Positions 1 to 15,000 of a stretch of DNA of 64,000 nucleotides are shown one piece after another. Source of the DNA: Daphnia carinata (taxonomy: Eukaryota); assembly GCF_022539665.2 (NCBI RefSeq), contig NC_081333.1:8866001-8930000 (forward strand), in the 5' to 3' direction. The translations under genes were made by a program, and so were the position numbers. Under the pieces are notes generated by a model. The model made no database searches and had not been told where the DNA came from. It saw only the letters and a list, made by a program, of their open reading frames with translations. Each line of letters begins with the position of its first letter. Within the stretch, counting starts at the first letter, position 1.

Positions 1-3000
1 GTGTTAGAGGGCAAACGAGAGTTGAGAGAAAAGAAGAGGAAAAAAAAAAAAAGGGGTCTTATCGCTTTCGTCTTTTCTTCTCCCTTATTTTTTGGCTTGG
101 AGTCAAGCTGACACGGCAGTCCATTCTAGCTCATTTCCCCCTTTTGTGTGTGTGTGTCAAGCAGCCAGAGTTTCCTCGCTTTCCCCCTGAAGAGGCTCTC
201 TTTTTCTCCCCTCGCTCGCTCTCTTTTTCTCCCCTCGTTTCGTTTCACCCTCACTGTCAAACCTTCCACTAAATTCATCTTGTATTTCTCCCGGAGTTTC
301 AAACTGATCCTAAAAGGGACAACCGCCCTCTCTCCCCCGCTTCATCCTGCACGTCTGGAAACGTTTGAGTTGATGCTAGCCAATGGATTGAATCCACTCG
401 ATAACCGGAGAGAGACCCCAAAATTTGAAACCGGTCAGAAAATTGATCAAGTAGAATTGCAAGTAAAATAGGAGAGAATGTCACTGAGGCACTGTGGGGC
501 GGAACTGTGAAACAAAAGAGCAAACGATGTTGTTTCTAAAAAGAACAATGTCGTTTGTCACGTGTGATGCATACAGCAGTTGTATACATTGTAGACGTGT
601 ACGTGACAAATGGAGCGCGTGTCCTTTGAATCGGGATCCGTTAAAGAGCTACCCGGCAGAGGAAAGTAGGGAGCCAACTATCGATCAAGTTTTTTAAAAA
701 TCTGTTGTCTGTTTCGGCAGGGACACATGCATACACACAAAAAAAAATACCCGTAGAAATACAAACCTGTCAGACAGGTGACGCCATTTTATGTGTGTGT
801 GTGTGTGTGCAAAGGAATTTTCAAATCAATGGCGTGCCAACTTAACCGTCTGGTTCGTTCTTTTTTCCAGGCCGTCTTATTTTTCTTCGTGATAATTCAT
901 CAAACATTCCAACATGACGGCCAACACACGCTGCATGTAGTATCTATTCCCACCCCAAATCCGATTAACACTCTGTTAAAAGAAATTATTTTTTTCCCCT
1001 CTCTTCATATTTATTTGTATGAGGCTGTATATGGTTGTGACATGATTGTAGGCCATCATCTTATCATCTCCTCCTTCTTTTCCTTGTATTCAATACTTTT
1101 CCCAGAGCTTATATGAATCGAAAGGTGGACCACGCCCTGAGCTCTTATCTCACTTCGTTTTTTTTTCCCGCGTGAAACGAGGGAATATCTCGAACGAGGC
1201 GCCATGTTGGGGACAGCCAACGGCGCAATTTATGAACTGAATTGGAATATGGCCCGTGAGATGTTTATGGTTTCAATTCCCCCTTGGCCATGAAAGATCA
1301 TCCTGTTCACGTCAAGTACAAGGCACTAGGAAGAAAAAAGGAGGGGGGGGGGAGAATATGATGAATACTACTTTTTCTTTTCTTTCTGTGCTATGGCGTA
1401 TTATTGCTCCAAGCCCGACGAGCGTGTATTTACAAAGTCGTGCTGCGTGACATTTTCCCTTAAGAAGATTTAATTTGACTGAGGATCTTATTGCCATCCT
1501 CGTTGGGAAAAGGCTCGTGCTAGTAAAACGAGATGGCCAAAAGGTACAAGAGAATTAATCACAATCTGATCCACATAAATGGCGACAGAGAGAGAGAGCG
1601 AGACGATATTGTCACAAATGACATTTAGATGCGTTAGCCTGTTAAATAATACATCACAATTTAAATGAGCTTTAAAGACAAAGAGGCGGCCCGGCGCTCC
1701 GTTTTTGCCTTATTTTTTTATTTGATACTCACGTTGCTGTTTAGTGATGAATTTCTTGCCTTTGATCTTTTCTGACGCACATCTCTCGCCCTAGCTCCAT
1801 ACACGAGATTGAGTTACCCAATCGCTGCATATGTGATGTGCATTTCTGACTCTTGTTCGCTGGCCGACCGGAAGACGGAGGAAGCACGCAAGCAGAAATG
1901 AACGAGAAGTAAACTTTTTTTCTCATTGGGCCTTTTTTTCCCCCTCATCTTTTGCAGACACGCACAGAAAAATATCTGTTTCTTCTTTATTTTATATTCC
2001 CCCTTTCCTTACTCGGATGATGAAAGAGTCTGGATCAGAAGTCGACGGGTTTATGGTACATCTACTCCGGGGTTTGTAAATGAGGCAGAGATCCGTCAAA
2101 CCCCACAAAATGATGAGGTCGAAAGCAAAAGGTTTTTTTTTTTTTTATTTCCCCTTAAGACAGAAGAGGCAGCGCTTGTCTGTTGTCAGGACATCCTTTT
2201 ATTGTAAAAAAAAAAAAAGTGAATAGGCCTATAAACAGAAACAAAAGCGAACAAGTAACTAGTTCTCTTTTACTTTGGTATTCCCATTCATTTCTTTCTT
2301 TTTCTGTTTGAAATCGAATTTGACCCAAATTCGTCTGATTCACTGTCACCTCGCCTTTTTTCTTTTTAACTTTGCGAGTCATAACACAATTTGCATATGC
2401 AAGTCATCATTTTGAAGGGCTTGATAATATGTAAAATAACTACGATATATCGTCTCCGTCTATGTATGTGTCTCATGTGTCAGCTGATACGGAAATAATA
2501 CCGAGATACGGAAATGGCTGGAGAGCCCCGACGGCGCCCCGGTAACTTCATCACTATTGGTGGACGACGAAGAATTTCTTAGGGTGTGTGGGGCGTTTGA
2601 TACCAGTAAAAAGTCTCTGCTGATATATTTAGGACATCTGGTCATAGAGTAGAAAAAAAAAAACGGAAGACGAACAAAAGCATTTCATGACACATGCATT
2701 AGCTACTTATGGTATCTAGAATTTTTTTTTAATCTACTGCATTTCTGCGGGAGGGGTGATGGATTACAGCAGCATTTCCTGGCCGCGCTGGCCACCAGGT
2801 TTTTCTTTCCTATTTTGTATCCCACTGTTTTCCTGTGCACCGCATCACAGCTGGTTGGCGTTGATGATGATGAGCTCTCGTGTCAGTAGTAGCTCCGGTG
2901 TCATTATCACGCATCTACGAAGGGAAATCAGAGCGAGTGTTTAAGAAACACATATTTTAGTGGGTGTTCATTATCATCTTTATGTAACACCATCAAGAGG

Positions 3001-5250
3001 ACTATAGCATTTTTTTTGTGAAGAAGAATAAAGACATTTAAATTTTTGATATCTCTTGAAGACCAAAGAAATGAAGTCGAGTGGCAGCGTGTGGATCTGG
3101 CATGACGGCTGGGAATTTTTTTTCGTTTTAAGTTGCATGGCAAACATTGTAATAATAATGATAATAGGATGAATTAATGAAGTAGTGGGAGCCTTCTTCT
3201 CCCGGTCGTCTGTTGGGCAAAAGAATATTTTTTTTTGCATTTGTTGGCTCAAGACTCATCAGTGGAATTGGCTAGAATAATTCACAAATATGTGCATACA
3301 GAGTCTCGTCTTTCCCACTCTACGGCCATCGTTCCGGACACACAGCCGGAACGAGATGGACACAGACAGCTGGTGTTGGCTGTGCCCTTTTTTTTTTTTC
3401 CTTTCTACTATTAAGCAGGGCCACTTTCTTTTCGAGAGAACGCACTATTTTGTCTGACTTGTTTGCTAATCGACCGATATAGCTAGAAACCCGCTATTCT
3501 TTCTTAGTTTTGTAGAACTTTTTGAGTAGGCAAGTCGTGTCCCCTTTCCTCTGAAAAGTCTTCTTTCTTCCCCCTTCTCTAAAGAAAAAAAAAAGGAAGA
3601 TGAACGACGTTTTTCTTTGGTGGTTACGTATTGCCTTTGACGTGTGTTGACCATCACTTATTTGTTCACAGTGAAATGAACTCTGATCTTTTACAAGAAA
3701 AAGAAAGGCAAAGTTTGGAGACAATAAAGAATAGACGAGTGTATGGGGGAGTAGACACTAAAAATGCCACCCACGCTCGACAGCTTTGAATACATTGACT
3801 CTGTTCGTAGACGTACATATATATTAAAAAAGGAAAACATGATACGATATAGTCAGACCGAATATATTTATATATTTATGTGTAAAGTAACATCCATATT
3901 CGATTGTTTACCTTGATCGCCAAAAAAAAAAGAAAGCCACGGATTTATTATTGGGCTCGAAGGGGCGGGAAGCAATCTGAACTGTTTGGTGTAGGGAGAA
4001 AGAGAGGAATCCGCTTTGATGATGCCGAGTCCCGTTCGTTTTCACAGTCGTGTCAATATTATTGTAGAGAGAGTCAGAAAAGAGAGGGGGAGAGAAAGAC
4101 GAATTTGAGTTGCAAAAGAAACCCCGTTGCCTGGCAACATCCTTTGGACTGTGTCTGTTTGTCTGACTTAGAAGGCCTCAAACTCGGCACACGCACAAAC
4201 ACGGAATAAGAAAGAAAAATAAAAAAATAAGGCCAGGATATGGCATGTGTGTATGTGTGCTCGACTTGCTGCAGGGCGTTCACATACGGAACGCTACCCA
4301 ATATTAATCGTATCATTTCCAGTAGAGTTCACTACGCTGGACGCGTTGGATCGAAAGGGTTTCTTTTCTTTTTTATCGTTCAGAATCATCTAGGGATTTT
4401 TCCTTTTTTCATGCGTCATCGTACGTCCAAGAGATTCTCAGTCAAGTTTTCACTGACACGAAATGATCCACGCCGTCAATAAAAATGCACAAACCTTTTT
4501 TTATTTTTAGTTTTTTGATTTTTTTTTTTGAAACGTTTCTTCCCCTTCGCCTGTGTGTCGTTCTTTTTTTATGTATTTACAATATATTCAATAGATCTTT
4601 GCCGTTGCCGAGATTGGTGTGTGCGCTCGCTTCTTTGCTCTGCATCGCGCTCGATTCTTGTATCAATCGTGGGTGGGATCGGGATGGATGCGATGCTTGT
4701 CGAGTGCAGGCGGGGAGCAGGAGGATCTTTTGATACTTTGATCACCTAGCAGCGACGAGAGATACGTAGGACCTCCTCATGCAGACAGGCCAGTTGCGCA
4801 CAAAAGAAACGTGCCGAAATTCTTCCTTTTAGGACTAGAATTTTCCTTCCTTTTTTTTTCTTGTTTCCTTCTGTTTGATATTTGGTGTTTGAACAACTTA
4901 AAAAGAAAAAGTCTTTCCTTGATTTTAGAAAAGAGATTTGAGAAAAAAAAATTCAAAATTAAATTGCGTTGCGGTTAAAAAGAAAGTGCCTTGATCGTTC
5001 TGCTTCCTTTATGGCAACCAACTTTTTTTTTTATTGCATTAAAGAAAAGTAAATTGAAAGAAAAAACAGCCGGAGAATCGTCTATCTGATATACCAGCAT
5101 ATCGTTTATCGCATTCGAATCTCTCGTTTCCTCATCCGCCGCTTGGTTTCATTTGACAACTGTTAACGATTGAGCGCTTGCTATAAATTTTTTTTTTTTA
5201 TCCACCTCTGACACAGATACTTATTTTGCTTATCTTTTTTCTTTTTACAG

Positions 5251-8200
5251 ATACGATTATGAAGTCTTGCTGCATAATTCGACGTTCTGCCTGGTGCCGC
5301 GAGGACGGCGTCTTGGCTCCTTTCGCTTCATCGAAGTCCTTCAAGTAAGAAAACATCTTTTGTGTTGTTCAAAAAGAGACAAACTTTCGTCAAAAGAAAC
5401 CTTTTAATATATTTTTGTCTCTATACTTTTTTGTTTCAGGCCGGCTGTATTCCCGTCCTCCTGTCCAACAACTGGGTGATACCCTTTTCAGAGATCATTG
5501 ACTGGAAGACTTCGGCCATTTGGGCGGATGAACGGCTTCTCCTCCAGGTTATTATTATTTTGTTTTATCGATCTTTTCTTGTTCTAATAGACTTAGAAAA
5601 GATCCTCTCGTTTACCAAGTAATACAACAATGCCATTATCCGTGGAGCAAATAAGGCTCTACGTTCTCGTTTTAACCGGCCTTGGGGGCTTCCCAATTAC
5701 CTGGGCACTTGCCGCCGTCTACACGCCCGTCTGTGTGTGTAAGTGCCGGCTGTCAGTCAAGTCCAGTCACTCTCACTTTTGGCACGAGGAGTACACTGTG
5801 AGTTGAAAGCTACGACCTAAACTCCTCCAATCACCGTTTTTGTTTAGAAAAAAAAAAATCCCTAAGTGGAAAGACCGAAAAAATCTGAATCTCGTGTATA
5901 CTCAACTGAGTTGATGGATCACACACAACACACACAATTGAGAGTCTGAAAAATGGTTTTTTTTTCCCCTCTTCTTATTCGCTTCTTAACGTTGTTGTTT
6001 ACAATGTATTTAAGTCAAAATGGGGATTGCTCTGAAATGTAGCGTGAAAATGGGCGTTTACATGAGAAACTACTTTTTGTTCACAAGAGGGAGTGTGACG
6101 CATTGTTAAAGAGCATCGTGAAGAGCCCCGACTCTCGCCCCGAGAGTCGGGGCTGAGGTCGGGGGCCGAGTGGGAATTGTATTTAAGCTGCACTTAGAAC
6201 AAAGAACCGAAACACTTCTATTGATCCTCAAAGCGGCAACGGCGGGTACGTTGGCCATAATGGCGAAAAAAACAAAAAGAGAAAGCAAAATCTCGTACAC
6301 ATTTTCCTGTCGTCACGGCGCTTTCATACGTATACAACACACATATCGTGCACTCGCGAAAATTTTCCATGCTACTTGCCGCAATAACGACATGGCTTTT
6401 GTGTTTGTGGTCCCAGGTGCCGGATATTGTCAGGTCCATCGAAGCCGAACGGGTGATGGCCTTGCGGCAGCAATCTCAGCTCTTGTGGCACATGTACTTC
6501 TCCTCCATCGACCGGATTATCTTCACCACCCTCGAGGTACGTACCATTAGAAACACAACTCTTCATTCTCCCCCATGTATTTTTTTCTTTTTACAATGTA
6601 AAAAAAGAAAACAAAGACATTTCGTTTAAATTGAAAACGTCTCCCCACTTTTATCAACCACAGATTGTCCGCCAGAGAATCCATCAGCATTTATGGAAAG
6701 ACGGACGAGTGTGGAATAGTTTTCCAGGCGGATTGGTGACATTGCCGGATTACACGGACACACCGTCTCGTTTGCCGTGGAACCAGCAGCAATCCACAAG
6801 CATGACGCTCGCTAATGGTGGTCAAAAGAATAAGAATGCCAGCCAGTTTACGGCCGTCATTTATTCCCAGCAACAAGCAGGAAGCCCGTTAGTGCCTGCC
6901 ACTTCAAGTGGTCCACTACTTCATCTGCTGCGGGTCGTCTCCAGGAGCCAACATGTTGCCCGGGTAGGATTTCCAACAAACGTCAACAAATCATTAAAAT
7001 CTTTAGACGAAAAAATAATTAACGTTCCTTGTTTTTCTGTTTTTGTTACGTTGTTATCGTTTTCGCCCGTCCGTTTTCTCCGACGCCATTTTAAATGATG
7101 CGCTTAAGATTGTCGTCGTTTGGGCCAGCGATTCTCCGAAACCTCCGCCTTCGAGATGGCCGTCGTTGACGCGTGGCATCCCGCTCCATATCGTTGTGCC
7201 GCAGCAGAAGCAGAATATCGGCGAACGCTTCCGGTAATAAAAACTTTCGCTTTTCAATATGGATTTATTAATTTCAAATTAAAATTTAAAAAGAAGAAAG
7301 CGATGAAAACAACTAAAAAAAAGTTCTAATCCTTTGGATTTTCTGGATGGGTTGTTACAGGCCACTGGATCTGATCGAGACCGACGCCGTCTTTTCGCTG
7401 GACGAGGACGCTACGTTGACGACAGACGAAATCGATTTCGCATTTCATGTTTGGCGTCACTTTCCGGAGCGGATCGTCGGCTTTCCGGCTCGAACACACT
7501 ACTGGGACGATACCAAAGTGAGTACAGCTCCAATAACTCTCGCTTTCCCCCCCCCCCCCCCCGTGCGCCGCTTTTTTTTTTTTTTTTTTTTTTGCGAAGA
7601 TGGAAATCGATTCAAATCTCGCATGCAAACCACCGCCGTTACCTAGCATTAGTGGTACACAACAGGCCATTAACGGCTGTCCGTTTCGTGTCTTCTTTTT
7701 TTATGTGTGTGTGTATGTGCTAGGGACAGTGGGGCTACACGTCAAAGTGGACCAACGAGTACTCGATGGTCCTGACGGGGGCGGCCATTTATCATCGCTA
7801 CTACCATTCTTTGTACACGGATTGGCTGGGCCCGTTGCTACACAAAACGGTCGATCAGTCGCGCAACTGTGAGGACATTCTCATCAACTTCCTCGTCAGC
7901 CATGTTACTCGCCAACCACCCATCAAGGTGTCGCAACGGAAGCAGTACAAGAGCAGCAACTTATCGGCTGTCACGAGGTCTGTCGCCCATTTTTTTTGTT
8001 ACCTATCGGCCGTTAAATCACGCATTTTTTCCCGCTCCATGCGCATGTTTTTTTTACTGGATTTTTTTTGTTTGTCTTTCGCTATTTCGGTACGCAGTAG
8101 ATCACCATGGAACGATCCGGATCACTTTCTACAGCGTCAAACGTGCCTCAACACTTTTGTGGCCCTCTTCGGCTACATGCCCCTGATTCGTTCGGCCGTT

Positions 8201-8281
8201 CGCTTTGACCCTGTCCTATTCAAGGACCCCGTCTCCAACTTGCGCAAGAAATACCGGCAAATGGAATCGGTCCACAACTAA
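5251..8281 (+). CDS. EXT1: Exostosin-1 / tout-velu heparan sulfate polymerase, 3' exons (5' part lies upstream of the window; 1-5250 is probably a large intron)
   Basis: GT-AG exons at about 5251-5344 ([31 protein letters not shown]), 5441-5547 ([22 protein letters not shown]), 6417-6536, 6664-6963, 7110-7233, 7361-7517 (AVFSLDED, DxD motif), 7724-7977 ([22 protein letters not shown]...[13 protein letters not shown]) and ~8100-8281 ([12 protein letters not shown]...[18 protein letters not shown]). These are GT47 and GT64 exostosin motifs. Confidence 0.95.
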
Positions 8282-11200
8282 AGAAATGCAACTAGATATA
8301 TCGCCGTCTTTTTTTTTTTTTGTTTTCCGTGTGCGGAGGATGGACAAAAAGGTGTCCTACTTTCTTTTTTTTCTTCTCGTTTGTTAAACATACTGAAGGA
8401 AAAGCGAAAGGGAAACTCAAACAAGCCAAGAAACGTGCCATATCCTAAGTTTTCTTTTTTTTTCGTTTGTAAGTAGGTGAATTTACAGTCGGACGTCATG
8501 TTTGGATGGTAGTAGGAAATATTGTAGTACCCAACATCTCGTGATTTTCTTTTTAAGACAATTTTTGTTTTCTTTTAATGGAGAGAAACGGTGCAATCCT
8601 ATTTAAATGATCAACTATTTTTGGTTGTTGTCCAAGATGGAAAAATTCGGGGGGAATGAAGAGCTATATATCTGGCAAAGAGGTGTACGACGTTGGTTGT
8701 CTATAAAACCTTTTTGCCTAAAGGGACCATCTGTGATTAAATATTTTTCATTTTCTTATGGCTGCTTTTTATTTCGAATTTTGATATTGTTTTCTAAGTA
8801 ATTGATAGCATATCAAGAATTTCCAATTCCTAGGTCCCCTTCAAATTCTATTATGTATATTCTTTTTTTTTTTAATTTCCTAATAATGAAATGATCCCAC
8901 CATTTCTTTTCAAATCGATGACGTTATGAGGGAACTCATTTGAAAATAAGTTCCCGAGGTGCCATATTTTTTTTCTCTTCCTTTAAACCCGCAATTAGTT
9001 CTTTTTTTGGGGCGTAAATTTTTCATTGCGCCTCCGCCCTCTTCCGGTCCTTTCCACTTCCGTTTGTGTACAGTATCGACTAATTGGCGCTTGAGCTTGT
9101 ACATATTATATAATGTTGATTATATCCATGTAAGAATAAAAAGGAATTCGAAAGGAAAATTTTCAAGGTGATTCTAAGTGATGTGAAACGTCGTTGAAGA
9201 GAATTTTTTGTTTGTGGATCCCTCGTCACGCTCTCGTGTTGCATTCTTTCTTCTCCCCCCTAATTGGCTTTCTTCCAATAATTGATATTCCAGACAAATT
9301 CAACTGGTATGTGAAACTTTGGGAGTTAAGCTGAGAGAACCGACTTGCAAACTTTGAACAAGGCGTTTTAATCAAACAAGTCGTCGTGTATAGGTCTAAA
9401 AGCACCCCATGTTTGCCATACACCGCGAACGCAGAAAGCCTCGAAATGCGTCGATGAATAGCTTAAGACCGCCCTTTTTCCTCATCAGTCAACTCAGCGC
9501 TGTCTCGTAAGAGTCTTTTATTTATTTCAGTGCGTGTTTTTCTTTTTCTTCGCTCGTTTCGCTACGCCTTCGTGAGCTGTTATGTGTGTGTGTTTGACTG
9601 TTTGTGTGTAAGCCGAGCGGATCGCGGCTTCGGATGACTTGTGCACACGCCCCGTTTGTTATTCCATTAGGCCCCGGCGTTAATATATGACCTCGACGTT
9701 ATTTTTCCCATCCTTTTCTTTTCTTCCTTGCTGGAGCGGTCTCCACCTCCACCGATAGGCCCTATTATATACCTTTCCTTATTTCTTCCGTTTTCTTTTC
9801 AAGTTTAAATATATAGCGTCTTTGCCGGAAGATGCAGAGTTGTAAGTGAAGGAAAAGGGAGGAGCTTCGTTTTCTTTTTTCACGTCCAGGTGTGTAGTGG
9901 CTTACAACAGCGTGAACGCATAGACGGCGGCAAATGATTCTCGTACATAACTCAAAAGGAAGAAAAGAAACAACATGTTAGAAACGAGAGAATAAGAGGG
10001 GAGCGGCGATTTCACGCTTCCAGCGTTCCGAAAACTATTGATTGCGGGAGCGTGCAAAGAAAACGAAGCAGAGAACTTACAGTTGGTTTATAGCTTGAGG
10101 TTTTTTTTTGTTTTAAAGAACAAAAAAAGAAACAAAAAAAAATTGAGGTGAACGTCGTTATCGTTTAATAGCCAGCCATAACTTGTTGATTACTGCCTCT
10201 TCCTGTCGGCTTTATTATTACATCTTTATCAAAATGGCGAAAGCTAGCGCGTGTACTTTTTGTATGACAGGCAAGTCAATGCGGCAAATACGGGAAATCG
10301 AATTTGAACGAAAGAATTCTTATTATCGTAATTAATTGGATTCGCTACGTTGTTAACAACTAATTGATTGGGTAAGCCAACCTCGTGTGGGCAGATTGAT
10401 TCATTCCTATAGTTCCGTTATCAACGAAAGGTCAAACAAAAAAAGCTGCTATTGCCAGTAAGCTGAAATAATTCACGGGTATTACTTACCCTTGCGTGGA
10501 ACTCCCATTACCTATTAAGCCAATAAATCCTTCTATTCTCGATCTTTGTAATCCAGTTAAGTAACTTTAACAAGAGAAGAAAAAAACAACGACTCCAAAT
10601 CTGTTGGACTGAGCCAAGTCCCTTTGTTTTTCTTTTTCCCCTTTCTCTTTTACATGGGGAATTGGTTGGATTTAGCATACGCTGTGTTGATATACACCAG
10701 CTGACTAACTCGTGATTGACTCAGCTGCACGTTGGGCTTCTCTCTTTCTTATTTTTTTTTCCCAATCAGCTATAAATTAGTCAGAGCTTCCTTATTAACA
10801 AACGAAAAAGCTTTTATTTCGCACGCCTTATTAGAGGGTTAAATGATTGAACAGGTTTTTCCCCATTGCGATCAAAAAAGGAACGCGTAGAACTCTGAAA
10901 ATTGTACGGTACCACTTGTGGACGCCAATCAGCCCCTTTTTTTCCCTATAGAAAAAAAAATGCAATCAACAAGAAAAAATGGGGGCCCTGTAAGCATTTA
11001 TTAGAGGAGCACTGGGTTTGTATAAATATAGTTTTGGTTGCGCGTGTGCTGTTTATTTTCGTTCTTCCTTAGACTGTACAGCTAGCTTTGCTAGTTGTGT
11101 AATGTCTAGTCATCGGTACCACCTACCCCCAACTGTTTCGCAGGCACCGAGACACACGCCCACGCTCTCTCTGGAAAAATAATAATACAGGAATCCCTTA

Positions 11201-12089
11201 ACTGTCATCACCAACCAACGCCTTTTTTTCACTCTTTCTTCTTGTTAAATTTCGTAGAAAGAAAAAAAAAACACACACGTTGGAGCTGAAAGGGAGCGAA
11301 AGAAAAATAATAAGAAACACTGGAACGGCAGACAACAGACAACCAGACCACAAGTTTAAATAGAAATCGAAACTATTTCTGGGATGAGCGTGTTTTTCCT
11401 CTTTTCTCGAGTCCTCTTTTGCCATGGAGAAATAACACCATGGAACTTGTACATCGCTTATTCCCTACCGCATTTTATGATTATTATTTTTTCGCTCCTG
11501 TGAATCGGTGGTATCAGATACTACAAGTTTATCGTCTCCCAGCTGCGTGAAATCGGGTGAATAAAATCCGAGGCGACGACTACAATGCGTTTCTCACCTT
11601 TTCTCCATGATTACGTGCCTTGCCATAAACCAGATATGTAATCTCCTCCTCTCGTTCTGAGGAAGATGTCACCGTCTGGCGAGTTTTCTTATTAGGTTCG
11701 GTAGATAAAATGTTGAAAAAGACGAGGCATTTCCGTTAAGACTACGTCATCCACAAGAATTTCAAAAACGAAGAAAAAATTCAATTCATCGTTTTTGCAT
11801 TACAAGGCTAATTCTCTTTTGATGTATTGATCGACTTTTCCGTAGATTCACCTGGTTGAAATGTTATGTTTGTCAATATAACACGAGACCACATTCGAAT
11901 TAGACGGAAAAACAAAAAGAAAGTTCAGAATGTTTGTCTCATCGTGTAGAGTATGTTTGCACGGGTTAAGATTGTGTGGGTTTTCTGTATACTAGTTGCA
12001 ATTATTTCTACTCCACTAATCAAATTCCTGTCGACCTATCCTAAAAAGAAATATTAGGATTGTTTGCATTGATTGCAGGCTCTTGGATT

Positions 12090-15000
12090 TCATAATTGGA
12101 ATTCAAGATTCAGGGCGCGAGCCAAAAATGCAAAGACGTCGCTATGTTCGTCAATCTGTCGAGACGAAATTAAAGAAAAAAGAAAATGGCAGCAGGTTTT
12201 GGTTAAGCTATGCACACACAAAAAAAAAGAAACGTGGAATAAAATAGCGACTCCTTTTAAGGAGAATCTTACAATTTTAGAGGTGGGTTTGTTGGCACCA
12301 TGACCGGCTTTAGTTTCGATGCGTATCATCAGCGGGTTGGTCTGTGCAGTAATCACAATGATATATACTTTTTGTTAAACTGCGGTTAGACCTCGTTTAA
12401 AAGGTCAAGGGAATACAATACCTGTTTGGGGCAGTCTTTGAACGTGTGATGCATCTGGGCCATATATTTGAGCGAGTGCAACGGCACGACACGGTCGTCA
12501 TGATCAGCCGTAAGCAACAGCATCGCCGGATATTGACCAGTTTCAGGTACTTTCAAATTATGGAGAGGCGAAAACTTTAACAAATTCTCAAAGGGCTCTT
12601 TCTCGTCAGGATTGCCATAGTCCGACACCCAACAATAGCCGACCGTAAACTTGTGGAACCGCAGCATGTCCATTACGCTGGTACCAGAAAAATGAACGAG
12701 GCCAAAAATAGGATTAAGTTTCGTGCGTTTGGATAATGAGTCTTTGTTACCCGACGTGAGCAATGCCAGCAGCATACAGCTCGGGACGTTGGTTGACGCA
12801 AGCTCCTATTAACAACCCACCATTAGATGCACCTTGGATAGCCAACTTCGACGATGAAGTGTAGCCATTGGCGATTAGATATTCGGCAGCCGAATGGAAG
12901 TCGTCAAACGAGTTTTGTTTGTTGAAAAGGCGACCTCCATCGTGCCACGCTTCACCGTATTCTCTATAACAGTTGAGCTCAGTTTTATCCCTAGTTGCTG
13001 TGATCGAGAAAAAAAAACACCTACCCTCCTCCGCGTATGTTAGGAACAGCAAAGACACCGTTGAAATGCTGCATAAATACAATTCGCGTTACGCTGAAGG
13101 CGGGCTATTAGGGAAGAAATTCAAGCGTTAACATCGTCGTTATTATTAAAGGTAAATCTGCGTTGTTTTCCCATACTTCAAGGCTTATGTTGAATCCGCC
13201 GTATCCGTACATCAGGCAAGGATTAGTCCCATCCAAAACAATAGTCTGGAAACGTACACAACAAATTTGATTAGCATTCCACGAACGAAACAATCAAAAC
13301 TGAAACCTTTTTCTTGACAATGAACATTGGGATCCGCGTGCCATCCTTTGAAGGGTAGAAAACTTGCTGAGTTTCAAACAGAGACGGATCGAATCCATCA
13401 AGCTCAATTTGACGGAAGACAGTTGGTTCCGCTTCGACTGTTTCTCCGATATCGCATCGGTAAATGACGCCAGGAGTTAAAAAGGAACCGAACTGGAAGA
13501 AGAATTCGGAAGAGGTGCTCTTGCCAGAGAATTCACGAACGGTGCCCATTTCAAGAGTATAAGTTTTCAAAAGTTGGCCATTTTTTAAATCGCGCAATTG
13601 CAGGATATTCTGAAATGTGATAAAGCAAGCATGAGTAACCTCGTGCCGTCTTCTTGCCATTATCCCTGATTCCTACCTTAACATCGTGCATGTAACAAAC
13701 GATCAGTTTATCTTTGTTGATACAAGCAACCCAATCCAAGACGTCCGAAGGATCGGCTTCCAGCAGCGTTTTCCATTGATCACGTGCTGGTTGGTTGAAA
13801 TCAATTTGAATTAATCTATAATTTGGGGCATCCTTGTTGGTCCGGAAAACCACGACTGAGTCAGTATTCGTCACGTACTACAAAAAGTAGGTGATGTAAC
13901 GAATGCGTAAGGTATCAAAAGAATGCGACACTACCTCATAGTCTGCCTCCATCTTGTCAACCACAGTGACCAGCTCCAATTTCCCATTGATAGTTTTGTC
14001 CGGCAAGGCAGTGAGGTCACAAAAGTAAATGTTATTGTATTGGCAGTCTCTTCCAGTTGTAACAATCAAATAGCGACCGCAATCCGTTACCCCTCCTTGA
14101 CTGTAAAATAAAAGTAGCGCAAAAGAAAGGTCCAGTAATTAAGATCCAATTCGGATAGATTGTTCAACGCAAAATATTACATTCTCCATTTGGGTTCATG
14201 AGGAAATTCAACGACAAGAATATCTTCGCTCTGTTGAGTTCCAAGAAGATGGTAGAATAACTTGTGGTTTTCGTTAGAAGTGGTTTCCGAACCGTCAGTC
14301 TTTCCTTGTTGCTCGGGGTAGCACGAGTAAAATACTCCCTTGTTATCATGAGTCCATGATATTGATGAGAATTTGATTTTTTCAAGCACCTCAGGGAAAT
14401 CTTCGCCTATTCAGGTCATAACCCAAATCATTTTTTTTAGTAGAAAGCCATTTAAAATAGGAAAGGTGCTTCTTACCAGTTTCAACACATTTGAAGTGAA
14501 TTGAGTTCCAATCTGATCCACTGCGGCTGAGACCATATGCAAAGATTTCACCGTCCTCTGAAAACTTTTTCATTGAAAGAGACACAGTACCATCATCTGA
14601 TAAAGTATTGGGATCTAAGAAGATCCTGGGTTCAGACTCCAATGTATCTTGCACAAAAAGAACACTAGTTTTGTTAAAAAGTAAAATAATTTGGAGTTGA
14701 AACTATGACAACAATACTGTTTTGTTTTTGTTTTTTACTAACCTATGGTTCTGAAGACCAGAGTTTTTATAAAAGAAGTAACGATTTCCCTTCTTTGTTG
14801 GGCAAGAATATTTAGGAAAATTCCATAGCTCTGTAAGTCTTGTTTTGATATTAGCCAATGCTGGGCTACCTTGGATGTAGGGAGTCGTAAGTTCGTTTTG
14901 AAGACGAACAAACTCTTGTGTTTCAGAAGAATCTGGATCCTCCAGCCAGCGATAGGGGTCTTCCACCTTGTAAGAGTAATAACAATATTCAATGTAGAGT

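Noticed and set aside
1..5250. Numerous 60-112 aa ORFs
   Set aside because: Phe/Lys-rich translations of homopolymer and microsatellite-rich DNA with no recognisable motifs; most likely an EXT1 intron.
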